Counted from the first letter of the stretch, positions 47,857 to 56,630 are shown. The stretch is DNA of 64,000 nucleotides from Dehalococcoidia bacterium (GCA_022822855.1 JAJDYG010000040.1:159905-223904); one strand, 5' to 3'. Notes: a model not told the origin generated them from the letters alone. Numbers and translations: made by a program.

Positions 47857-47875
47857 AATTGATTGGGTTTGGTCG

Positions 47876-48970
47876 CTAAACCGGAATCTTCTCAACTTCC
47901 TCTTCGGGAGCGATCCCGGCCCACTTGCGCAGTTCCTCGTTCAGCCGATCCTCCCGATCGCCGAGGTGACACTGCCGCAGATAGCCGAGATAGGTTTCGA
48001 CTTGCTCGCGACGCAGCTCGGCTACGTCGACCATCGCCTCTTCCGCGCCCTCGCGGCCATCGCCCATGACCACGGCGAGCGCGCTGTAGAGCGTGTCGTC
48101 GCCGTCCTTGGCCAGGTACCACTCGGCCTTGTTCATGTAACGGTGAATCTCTTCCCGGCGCACCGGCTCCTTCAGCATCAGGTAGCGCATGTGGTCAACG
48201 AAGTAGGCCAAATGCCGTTCGATGTCCTTCTGGCAGAGTTCGTAGATCGAGCGCTCCGCCTCGGTCTGGGCGAGCTGTTCACCGTGGCGCAGCAGCGCCA
48301 GCAGCATCGAGTCATGCATGATCGACGCGACGCAGAATTCGCTGAAGGTGTACGACTGGGTCAGCGGCAGGAACTTCCAGTTGCGGCCGCCGCGGCCAAG
48401 ACCGCCGCCGTTCGCCAGCGCTCGCTTGCGCCAGACCTCGTACAGCCGGGCGCCGTCGAACACGACGGTGCCGAGGAACAGTTTCACCTCGATGTAGCCG
48501 TAGGAAATCTCCTGCAGCCAGCGACCCGTGGTCTGTGCCTTGGTCCAGCCATACTCCGACATCAACGTCGCGATCTGGCAAACTGCGCGCTCAAGATCGG
48601 AGCCGATCGGCTCCAGCGTGTCCCAGGGAATGTCGGCCGATGAGTTCCAGCGATCGGCGATCGCGTCCTCGTAGAGACCGGCGCAGAGGTCCGACCAGAC
48701 TTCGGCCTTGTTGAAGATCGAGTAGCCCATCTGCTCGGTGCGAGTGTCGGGAATCGCACCGCGCGGAATCTCAGTGTTGTTTTGCCAGACTTCGGGCACC
48801 TCGCCGTAGACGTCGACGTTCAGGTACTCAAACCGCAACCCGCCATTCTCCGGAGTGGCCTGCTCTTTGGCCTTCACGCCCCAATGCACAGGGGCGTCCA
48901 ACCAGTCCGACGGCAGGCCAGACTCTTCGAGTCGTTTCTTCGCGGCCGCGACGACATCGCTGTCAGGCAT
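47876..48970 (-). CDS. Ferritin-like protein with degenerate di-iron ligands (beta-like subunit)
   Basis: Aligns along its full length with 49043..50110 (WGV, YG..P, PRGA, DIPWDTL, RKRALANGGGL) but has DGARL and DIERH in place of DEARH and DESRH. Confidence 0.85.
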   Translation of the reverse strand: MPDSDVVAAAKKRLEESGLPSDWLDAPVHWGVKAKEQATPENGGLRFEYLNVDVYGEVPEVWQNNTEIPRGAIPDTRTEQMGYSIFNKAEVWSDLCAGLYEDAIADRWNSSADIPWDTLEPIGSDLERAVCQIATLMSEYGWTKAQTTGRWLQEISYGYIEVKLFLGTVVFDGARLYEVWRKRALANGGGLGRGGRNWKFLPLTQSYTFSEFCVASIMHDSMLLALLRHGEQLAQTEAERSIYELCQKDIERHLAYFVDHMRYLMLKEPVRREEIHRYMNKAEWYLAKDGDDTLYSALAVVMGDGREGAEEAMVDVAELRREQVETYLGYLRQCHLGDREDRLNEELRKWAGIAPEEEVEKIPV

Positions 48971-48987
48971 GGTGATTCTCCTCCGCA

Positions 48988-49020
48988 GAAAAAAGCGGCG
49001 CGGGCTGCAACCCGCGCCGC
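48988..49020 (-). terminator. Intrinsic terminator-like hairpin between the two ferritin-like genes
   Basis: Minus strand reads GCGGCGCGGG TTGCAG CCCGCGCCGC TTTTTTCT, immediately before the GGAGGAG RBS of the downstream gene. Confidence 0.6.
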
Positions 49021-49042
49021 CTCCGAGATCCGATGAGAGATC

Positions 49043-50110
49043 CTAGTTTTCGTCGAGTGCTCCCGACAGCGCCGGATGCAGACGCCCGGTCTCGAGACGG
49101 CCGCCGAGGCCAGCGACGTCGAGCCGGTGCAGGTACTCGAGCACCTGCTTGCGGCGCACGTGCCAGAACAGACGCCAGCCCTCGTCCACATCGCCGTCGC
49201 CGAGCAGATAGACCAGCGCGCCGGCGAGGCCCGGGTTGGCCTGGTCGGGGTCGACCAGCGTGTCCTCGAACATGTCGAGCGTCCAGTGGACTTCCTCGGC
49301 CTTGTCGGGGTCGTTCTCGAGCGTGTACTTGAGGTGAGTGACGCCGTACGCGACGTGGCGCGACTCGTCCTGCGCGGCCAGGCGGAAGATGCGCTTCTCT
49401 GCCTCGTTGTGCGCGATCAGCTCGCCCAGGCGGAAGAGCGACTGGACGAAGCCCTCGCCGAGGATGTGCAGCATCGACGACATCTGAGTGAAGTCTTCGG
49501 CTTCGAGGATCTGGCGCAGACCGCCGCCGCCGCCCTGCAGCAGCAGACCGCCGCCGTTGGCCAGCGCGCGCTTGCGGAAGACATCGGTGTGCCGCGCTTC
49601 GTCCATCACCTGCGACATCAGGAAGAGTCCCGACTCGAAGTGGTCGGCGGCGATGCGCGGCAGCCACTTGCCCGGCACGTCGCCGGCGATGAACTCAACC
49701 TCGGTCAGCGAGGTGCAGAGCTGCGCCATCGCGCGCTCGATGTCCTCGGGCAGTTCGTCCAGCGTGTCCCAGGGAATGTCGGTCGCCGACGACCACTGCC
49801 GCGAGACCGCTTCGTCGTACAGCAGCGCGGCCGAGTCGGAGAAGGTCTCAGTTGCGTCGCCCAGCACCCAGGGGGTCATCCGCGGTGTCGCGCCCTCAGG
49901 CGCCGCAGCGCCGCGAGGTCGCGCCGAGCTGTCCTCGGAGGTGGCAGGAATGTCCCCATACAGGGACTTGTTGATCTGCTGCAGAGTCAGACCCTTGCGC
50001 CCGGGTTCGGCGCTCACGCCCCACTCGGTGTCCAGGTTGAGCCAGGACAGGTCCAACTCCGGAACCTCCGGCTCAAGGCGCATCTCTTCCAACTTGTCAA
50101 CGGTGACCAT
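49043..50110 (-). CDS. Ferritin-like di-iron carboxylate protein (alpha-like subunit)
   Basis: Complete ligand set: TEVE, DEARH, GEG, DESRH; GAGGAG RBS before ATG at 50110. Confidence 0.88.
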   Translation of the reverse strand: MVTVDKLEEMRLEPEVPELDLSWLNLDTEWGVSAEPGRKGLTLQQINKSLYGDIPATSEDSSARPRGAAAPEGATPRMTPWVLGDATETFSDSAALLYDEAVSRQWSSATDIPWDTLDELPEDIERAMAQLCTSLTEVEFIAGDVPGKWLPRIAADHFESGLFLMSQVMDEARHTDVFRKRALANGGGLLLQGGGGGLRQILEAEDFTQMSSMLHILGEGFVQSLFRLGELIAHNEAEKRIFRLAAQDESRHVAYGVTHLKYTLENDPDKAEEVHWTLDMFEDTLVDPDQANPGLAGALVYLLGDGDVDEGWRLFWHVRRKQVLEYLHRLDVAGLGGRLETGRLHPALSGALDEN

Positions 50111-50320
50111 CGTTCGACTCCTCAGACAATCGCGAACCGTCCCGCAGAATGCACGAACGGCCAACGCCGTACGGGCAACTGTATATTCGGAAACAGGGTA
50201 AGGGGTCAGCGAGCGGCTTGTCGAGGGTCGTGGAGGGTGTATGTCCTTCCAGAAATCGAACCTCCGCTCGTGGTGACGGGTTGCTTGGCGGGACGGGAAG
50301 CGGAATCAGGAGCGGTAGCC

Positions 50321-50584
50321 ATGACGACATTGCCGAGCGTCACCTTCAACGAGCCGGGTGACATTCTCTACGTCGAGCTGGAAGAGTCGTCGGTTGCCAA
50401 GACTCGAGCCTATGGCGATGATCGGCTGGTTGATTTCGGCAGCGACGGGCAGGTAATCGGGGCCGAGTTCATCGGTATTGCCAGTTCTGTGGATCTGCGC
50501 GGCCTCCCGGAAAGTGAGCGCCTTCGAGACGCAATCACCTCGCGTGGCAACCGGAAACTGGCGGTTTTGGTCGACCCGGTCTAG
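50321..50584 (+). CDS. DUF2283-like antitoxin (87 aa)
   Basis: DILYVEL...LVDF..DGQVIGAEFI motif; AGGAG RBS. Confidence 0.75.
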   Translation: MTTLPSVTFNEPGDILYVELEESSVAKTRAYGDDRLVDFGSDGQVIGAEFIGIASSVDLRGLPESERLRDAITSRGNRKLAVLVDPV

Positions 50585-50662
50585 GTCTCTCAATGGCGCG
50601 GTGTTGCGCGGCACAGGCGACATGGGCACTCACAAGACCGGGCCGACCAGCCGTGTAGGCGC

Positions 50663-52528
50663 TTAGTTGTCCGTCCGATACAGATAGCGAACGTCCCACA
50701 GACCGTAGAGCGTCGCCGTCGTGTTGCCGAACACGTTTCGGACCGCGCTGAGGCGCTCGGGATGTGACGTGTAAATCACCGGCAGGTTGTCGGCCACGAT
50801 CTCCTGGGCCCGGTGGTACAGCTCGTACCGCAGCTCGCGATCCAGCTCCTGGCTGGCCCGAATGAAGAGATCGTCCAACTCAGCTTCCCAGGCGGTCACA
50901 GGCTCCGGCTGGTTCGGATACCAGAGATGCAGGTTCTCCGAACTGTGCCAGAGCACAATCGCGCCGTACGGATCGGGTCCTCCGGTAAAGCCGATCACGA
51001 TCGCGTCCCAGTCGTAGGACGTGGTCAGTTGGCCAACCAGTTCGCCGAAATCGACGACGAGAAACTCGACGTGCAGGCCAGCCTCCGTCATCCCCTGATG
51101 GATGATGCCGGTGACTTGCTCGCGCACGCTGTTGCCCTCGTTGGTCGCCATCGTGAACGTGATCTCATTACCGCGGTCATCTTCTCGGAAGCCATCGCCG
51201 TCCCGGTCAACCCAACCAAGCGCATCAAGGATGGCCACTGCCCGAGCGGGGTCGTACTCGTAGGTCGCAACGTTCGGATTGTGGAACCCACCGGCTGCCG
51301 GGCTGATCGGCGACCACTGCGCATAGCCAAGTCCATGCTGGACCTGCTCGATGATCGCGTCCTTGTCCACGAGGTGAGCCATCGCCCGACGAAACGCCAG
51401 GTTGCCAAACCAGTGCAGCTTCTCCTCGGAGACGTACGGCTCGCCCGATTCCGGATTCGCGCCCCGGTTCTGGTTGAAGGTCAGGAACGTTGAGCCGAAC
51501 GTCGGTCCGCGTCGGTGAATCGTGAAGTTCTCATCTTCAGCCAGCGGCGCCAGGCTCGCGAATTCGTGCCCGAGCACTCCGTGAACATCGGCCAGGCCGC
51601 TGCGAAATGCCTCGAGTTCGCTCTCCAGATCCGGCACCACCACCTGGACCACCTGGTTGAGATAGGGCAGACGATTCCCGTCGCGGTCGGTCATCCAGTA
51701 GTCCGGGTTGCGACGGAACACGACCCGCTCGCCGGCCACGTACTGGTCGATCAGAAACGGCCCCGTACCGACGATCTCTGCCGGGTCCGTATCGATCCCC
51801 CAGACCTCGTTGAACGTGCCGGCATCGACATGCGGCTGCAGGATGTGCTGCGGATAGATGGCGGTCGCCATCGAGCGCAGGAAGGGGGCGAACGATACCG
51901 GCAAGACGCACTGGATCGTGTAGTCGTCGATCGCCTCAACGCTCATTTGCGCTTCCTGCCACTCGCCGTTCTCGTCCAGCAGCCGGAAGTTGAACGCCGC
52001 GCGCGTCGAGGTGGGAATCTCCTCGTTGTAGATGATCTCGTTGAAGGTGAACTCGACATCTTGCGCGGTGAACGGCTCGCCGTCGTGCCAGCGCACATCA
52101 CGCCGCAGGTAGAAGGTCCAGGTCAGCCCGTCGGCCGACACGTCCCAGGACTCAGCCAGGTTCGGCAGCGGCTCGCCGCTCAGCCAGGAAATGTCTGTCA
52201 GGCCCTCGAAGAGATATCCAAGCGCGGCCGCCGATCCGGCGTCGTTGGCCAGGGCCAGATTTAGCGTCAGCGGTTCGGCGATAGTCGCGAACGTCAGCGT
52301 GCCGCCGTATGTGCCAGTCTCATAATCGAACGCCTCGGCGTTGGCCGTCAGTCTGCCGACCGTGTCCTGATCGACCCCCTCCTCGTCCGACGCGCCTGCA
52401 TCCTCGACTGCGATCACCGCATCGGCCGTCTCCGGGATCTCGTCCGCGCATCCGACCAAAAGGGCTGCGGCGACGAACAGCGCCGACAACACAGAGATCC
52501 AACCAGTCTGGCGAAGATTCGAACTCAT
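50663..52528 (-). CDS. ABC transporter substrate-binding lipoprotein, family 5 (peptide/nickel)
   Basis: Lipobox LLVGC, LFEGL, PNLAESW, WTFYLR.DV.WHDGEPFTA.DV.FT, GTGPF, FRRAMAH. Confidence 0.92.
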   Translation of the reverse strand: MSSNLRQTGWISVLSALFVAAALLVGCADEIPETADAVIAVEDAGASDEEGVDQDTVGRLTANAEAFDYETGTYGGTLTFATIAEPLTLNLALANDAGSAAALGYLFEGLTDISWLSGEPLPNLAESWDVSADGLTWTFYLRRDVRWHDGEPFTAQDVEFTFNEIIYNEEIPTSTRAAFNFRLLDENGEWQEAQMSVEAIDDYTIQCVLPVSFAPFLRSMATAIYPQHILQPHVDAGTFNEVWGIDTDPAEIVGTGPFLIDQYVAGERVVFRRNPDYWMTDRDGNRLPYLNQVVQVVVPDLESELEAFRSGLADVHGVLGHEFASLAPLAEDENFTIHRRGPTFGSTFLTFNQNRGANPESGEPYVSEEKLHWFGNLAFRRAMAHLVDKDAIIEQVQHGLGYAQWSPISPAAGGFHNPNVATYEYDPARAVAILDALGWVDRDGDGFREDDRGNEITFTMATNEGNSVREQVTGIIHQGMTEAGLHVEFLVVDFGELVGQLTTSYDWDAIVIGFTGGPDPYGAIVLWHSSENLHLWYPNQPEPVTAWEAELDDLFIRASQELDRELRYELYHRAQEIVADNLPVIYTSHPERLSAVRNVFGNTTATLYGLWDVRYLYRTDN

Positions 52529-52697
52529 TGCGTTCTCCAAATCAAACTGAGCCTAACAGCGGATCGCCGCGATCTCGCTGCGCCGTCCGCTCGGGTCCAG
52601 CCGTCGAGTCAGGCGTTGCTCGTTCAACCCGCTGAAGCGTCGGATAGGATTGGGACGAACTTCCCGACAGTCCCACTGCCCCCCAGGAGACCGCTCT

Positions 52698-53588
52698 ATG
52701 TCCCTTCCAACCTTCGAGAATGTCCTGCTCGACCGCACCGGTACCGACGATCGGATCGGCGTGGTCACGCTCAACCGGCCCGAGAAGATGAATGCGCTCT
52801 CGCAGGAACTGATCTACGACTTCCGCGACGCGCTCGAGTACTTCGAGGCCGACGACGATGTCCGCGTGCTGATCGTCAAGGGCGCCGGACGCACCTTCTC
52901 GGCCGGCTACGACCTGACTCCGGCCGGCGGCTACGGCGCCGACGCCGTCCACCGCCGCTTCCGCACCGTCGACGACGACGGCAACCGTCTGATCATGGGT
53001 ATCCGCGGCGGCATGGCCCGCGTCACCGACATCTGGATGTACTTCTGGAACATGCAGAAGGTGACCATTGCCCAGCTTCACGGCTACGCGATTGCGGGCG
53101 GCTTCGAGCTGTCGATGATGGCCGACCTCGTGGTCGCCGCCGAGGACACGCAGATCGGCCACCCCGGCCTGCGCTTCGCCGGCTCGCGCACCTCTGCGAT
53201 TCTGCCCCTGCTGACCAACATGCGCAAGGCCAAGGAGCTCTTCTACACCGGCGACCCGATCCGCGCGACCGAGGCGGCCGAGCTCAACCTGATCAACTAC
53301 GCGGTTCCGAAAGACGAGTTGGAAGAGAAGACGCTCGCCCTCGCCGAGCGCGTCTCCAACCTGCCCGCCGACCACCTGGCCCAACTCAAGGTCCACGTCA
53401 ACCGCTTCTACGAGAACATGGGCATCTACTCCTCGCTGCGCTCCTCGACCGACCTCGACGCGGTCGGCACGTTCACGAGTCAGCACTACGAGTGGTCGCG
53501 CCGGATGCGAGACGAAGGCCTCAAGGGAGCCCTCGCCTGGCGAGACGGCCCCTTCGGCGACTACTCCCAGGCCCCGCGCAACCGGTAG
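52698..53588 (+). CDS. Enoyl-CoA hydratase/isomerase family protein
   Basis: TLNRPEKMNA, FSAGYDL, AGGFEL; second Glu position replaced (HPGLRF); AGGAG RBS. Confidence 0.9.
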   Translation: MSLPTFENVLLDRTGTDDRIGVVTLNRPEKMNALSQELIYDFRDALEYFEADDDVRVLIVKGAGRTFSAGYDLTPAGGYGADAVHRRFRTVDDDGNRLIMGIRGGMARVTDIWMYFWNMQKVTIAQLHGYAIAGGFELSMMADLVVAAEDTQIGHPGLRFAGSRTSAILPLLTNMRKAKELFYTGDPIRATEAAELNLINYAVPKDELEEKTLALAERVSNLPADHLAQLKVHVNRFYENMGIYSSLRSSTDLDAVGTFTSQHYEWSRRMRDEGLKGALAWRDGPFGDYSQAPRNR

Positions 53589-53591
53589 GGA

Positions 53592-54341
53592 ATGCCCACA
53601 TTCATCGGCCTCGACCTCGCCTGGTCTCCGAACAAAGAGAGCGGTATCTGCTGGTTGACTGGCCACTCGTCGGAGAGTCTGAAGTGCGAGCGGCTCACGG
53701 CACAGGTCTCCGACATGGCCGCGGTTGCCGAGGAGATCGAGCGAGTTGAGGGCTCGGTCGTCGTCGCCATCGACGCGCCGGTGCTGTACAGCCCCGAACG
53801 CAGCGTTGAGCGCGAGATTGGCCGGCGATTTGGCAAGTTCAAGGCGTCTGCCCACTCCCCTCATCCCCACGTCAGGGCGGGTCGCCGGGCTGGGATCGAC
53901 CTGGGCGAAGCCCTGGTCAGGCGCGGCTTCACGCTGGACCCGGCGCGACTGTTGTGCGGCGATCGAACCGGTCGTACAGCCATTGAGGTCTTTCCTCACA
54001 CCATCCATGTTCGCCTCTTCGACCTGACCGAACGCATTCTTTACAAGAAGGGTCGCGTTGCACAGAAGCGAGCTGGACTGTTGCAGTACCAGGGGTACCT
54101 GCGAGGACTGATCGAGGCACAGGCCCCCAACTTGTTCGAGCACCCCGATGTTGACCGCGCCCTAGGCCCTGCGACCGCCCGGGCTGCCAGGGGCAAGGGC
54201 ATCAAGCGGCTCGACGACACTCTTGACGGGCTGACCTGCGCCCTCGCCGGCTGGCTGATCTGGAAGCAACCTGAGCGCTGGGAGATGATCGGCGACCTGA
54301 ACGGCTACATTGTCGCGCCGCGGGAGGCTCAGGCTGGATAG
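53592..54341 (+). CDS. DUF429-like predicted RNase H-fold nuclease
   Basis: FIGLDLAW, VAIDAP, IEVFPH, DTLDGL.CA motifs. Confidence 0.8.
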   Translation: MPTFIGLDLAWSPNKESGICWLTGHSSESLKCERLTAQVSDMAAVAEEIERVEGSVVVAIDAPVLYSPERSVEREIGRRFGKFKASAHSPHPHVRAGRRAGIDLGEALVRRGFTLDPARLLCGDRTGRTAIEVFPHTIHVRLFDLTERILYKKGRVAQKRAGLLQYQGYLRGLIEAQAPNLFEHPDVDRALGPATARAARGKGIKRLDDTLDGLTCALAGWLIWKQPERWEMIGDLNGYIVAPREAQAG

Positions 54342-54874
54342 TTGGGATGCTCCTTTAGCGCTTTGATCTGTCGCGTGTGATCACCGTCGTGGAAGGCCTG
54401 GAAGAGGGGCCAGGCCATTGAGGGGAGGGGGCCGAAGAAGGCGTGGGGGACGGTGGTCTGGTTGTCGATGTGTTCGGGGAGGGCGTTGCCGACGCTGAGC
54501 AGGCGTTCGCTGACCGACGTGACCTGGAGGCGGAGATCGTCGACATCCGAGGCGGGGGCGGTGATCTGACCCGGCGGGCCTTTGACCACCGTTTCACCGT
54601 TGGCTGTGGCCGCGATGATCTCGGCGATGTTGGGTGAAGCGGTGATGATGTGGCGCATGACCTCGCCGATGGACCAGGTTGACTCGTCCTCGGCGTCCAT
54701 CTCGCCCGGAGTCCAGTCGGCCTGTTCCTGGGTGACGCCCTGGATGGCGTCGATCAGGGCGAAGCGGGCGTTGGCCATGCGCAGCCAGATCTGGTCCCAG
54801 GGCAGCGAGGCGGCGCCGTCGAGGAACTCGGCGCGTTTGCGTTCGCGGAAGTCCGGGTTGCGCAGGTCGGCCAT
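54329..54874 (-). CDS. DinB family protein
   Basis: WSIGEVMRHI...HAFFG...FQAFHDGDHTRQI. Confidence 0.85.
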   Translation of the reverse strand: MADLRNPDFRERKRAEFLDGAASLPWDQIWLRMANARFALIDAIQGVTQEQADWTPGEMDAEDESTWSIGEVMRHIITASPNIAEIIAATANGETVVKGPPGQITAPASDVDDLRLQVTSVSERLLSVGNALPEHIDNQTTVPHAFFGPLPSMAWPLFQAFHDGDHTRQIKALKEHPNYPA

Positions 54875-55085
54875 GCGGTTTCAGGTATTCAGGCAACTTT
54901 TTTTCTGGGCCGGAAAAAAAGGAAATCCCCGACGATCTCCAGTGTATTGCTGAAGATCGTGCGCTGAGGGCTTTCAGGTTTTTTCAGCTTTTTTCAGGTT
55001 CCTCCAGGTTCCCTCGCGTTCGCCGTGTTCGGCCGTGTTCGGCCATGTCGCTCCCCCTCGGCGAGTCGGCCGCCGCACATCCATT

Positions 55086-55169
55086 CTACCTCGCCTCCCA
55101 GAGAGGTGGGAGGCCATCGACGATCTTCATCGTCTCGACGCTGACGGTGGTGACCCGCTTGATCAGGTC
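55086..55169 (-). pseudogene. Remnant of the extreme C-terminus of a Type ISP restriction-modification enzyme
   Basis: Reads DLIKRVTTVSVETMKIVDGLPPLWEAR*, matching the recalled Type ISP terminal motif (DL+KRV.TVS+ETMKIV..LP); the rest of the gene is absent. Confidence 0.6.
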
Positions 55170-55250
55170 GCGCGAGCCGGACCCTGAGGCTGGAGTCTCC
55201 GGATCGCCCGTTGCCGCGGGTCTGATCATCCGGACGACAATACCCAGGTC

Positions 55251-55733
55251 CTATGCCTTCGATTGCAGCTCAGTGATGTACTCGTTGCCCTTCTTGCTTA
55301 CGAGGACCCCGTTGGTTTCATCATCCCTGAAGACCTTCTTGGACTTCAGGAGGTTTGAGATTAGGCCAGAAGGGTGAGCAATGTTTACGCCGTGTTTCTT
55401 CAGCAAATCGCGTGCTTCGTTGCCGGTGAAAACTGGGTTGCTTCTCCCCTGCGTCAAGAAGTGGCCAGCAACAAACACTTCGTCCGTGTCGGTGAGCTTG
55501 CCGAAGGTATCGCGGTACTCCCCAAAGGATTGCGGCAGCACCCCCTTGCCATTGGACTTTGGCGCTGAGGCGATGCTCAATTCTTGGCTCGGAGCTGACT
55601 GGGAATACGCCGCAGCGCCTTCGATTAGAGGCTGCACCTTCTCCCAGAATCTCTTGATGAACTCCTCGCTTCCTTCGCCCTCGAATTCTCCTGCTCCGAG
55701 CTTGACTCGTAGCCTATACTGTCCATCTGTCAT
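55251..55733 (-). CDS. Hypothetical protein: N-terminal KLGAGEFEGEG domain plus C-terminal winged HTH
   Basis: 160 aa from ATG at 55733 with GGAAAGG upstream; lower GC; C-terminal half aligns with the N-terminus of 55779..56624. Confidence 0.75.
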   Translation of the reverse strand: MTDGQYRLRVKLGAGEFEGEGSEEFIKRFWEKVQPLIEGAAAYSQSAPSQELSIASAPKSNGKGVLPQSFGEYRDTFGKLTDTDEVFVAGHFLTQGRSNPVFTGNEARDLLKKHGVNIAHPSGLISNLLKSKKVFRDDETNGVLVSKKGNEYITELQSKA

Positions 55734-55778
55734 AGCCCCTACGCCTTTCCGAGCAGACGATAGCACAGGATATCGAGG

Positions 55779-56624
55779 TTGTCTGTAGTGGAGAATGCAC
55801 GGCTTCGCCTCCAGACTCTGGAACGGCAATCAGATCAGGTTCTTGTGATCGCGCACATCAGTGCCCTGCGCTCCAGCGGAGTCCATCTCACCCGCGCTGG
55901 TGTGGAGTCCACCTACGCCGAACTTCGAGTCCCGCCACCCAGGAATGTCGGCGCAGTGTTGTCGAATCTGAGAAGTGACGGGCTGCTCGTCAAAGCTGGA
56001 TCAAGTCAGTGGGCCCTTACGCCGCTTGCGGACGCACGAGTTGCTGAGTTAGGAATCACCATCGGCGCTGCCGACTTCCAAACTGAGTATGCCGCGGAGC
56101 TAGCTGGGAGCGTTCACAACACAATCGGAGCCGAGTTCGCACCCCTCCCCCTGTCGGGACCGATCGGAGGATTCTTGCAGAACCATCCCTTTGATCGCAA
56201 TGTGTTCGGCATTAGCCGATACCCGAAGAAGGACGACGACACCGATCCTCTGGCTCCAGCACTCGAAAACGCTCGGTCCATCCTTGAGGATTACGCCCTT
56301 GACTTCCACCTCGCAGCGGATCGGAACGTATCAGACGAGATTTGGTCGAATGTTGCAGCATGGATGTGGGCCTGCCGCTATGGAATCGCCTTCATCGAGG
56401 ATCGCGGTAAGCAGGGCCTGAATCAAAACGTCCTTATCGAAGTGGGCGCCATGCTCATGACAGGGAGACGCTGTGTGCTCCTCAAAGATCGCACGGTCGA
56501 CGCTATACCGACCGACTTGGTCGGCCACATCTACAAGTCGATCGACCTCGATGATCCGACAACCGTTGAAGCCGCCTTGAGACAATGGTGCGAGGACGAC
56601 CTGCAGCTCAAGAGACCGGCCTAA
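55779..56624 (+). CDS. wHTH fused to a TIR/nucleoside-deoxyribosyltransferase-like domain
   Basis: NVFGISRY, AADRNVSDEIWSNV, GLNQNVLIEVG (conserved Glu), IPTDLVGHIY; start codon uncertain. Confidence 0.75.
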   Translation: MSVVENARLRLQTLERQSDQVLVIAHISALRSSGVHLTRAGVESTYAELRVPPPRNVGAVLSNLRSDGLLVKAGSSQWALTPLADARVAELGITIGAADFQTEYAAELAGSVHNTIGAEFAPLPLSGPIGGFLQNHPFDRNVFGISRYPKKDDDTDPLAPALENARSILEDYALDFHLAADRNVSDEIWSNVAAWMWACRYGIAFIEDRGKQGLNQNVLIEVGAMLMTGRRCVLLKDRTVDAIPTDLVGHIYKSIDLDDPTTVEAALRQWCEDDLQLKRPA

Positions 56625-56630
56625 GGCGCG

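Noticed and set aside
47876-50110. Ribonucleotide reductase beta subunit (nrdB/nrdF)
   Set aside because: No nrdA, no recognisable radical-Tyr context or NrdB C-terminal tail, and the second copy lacks metal ligands.
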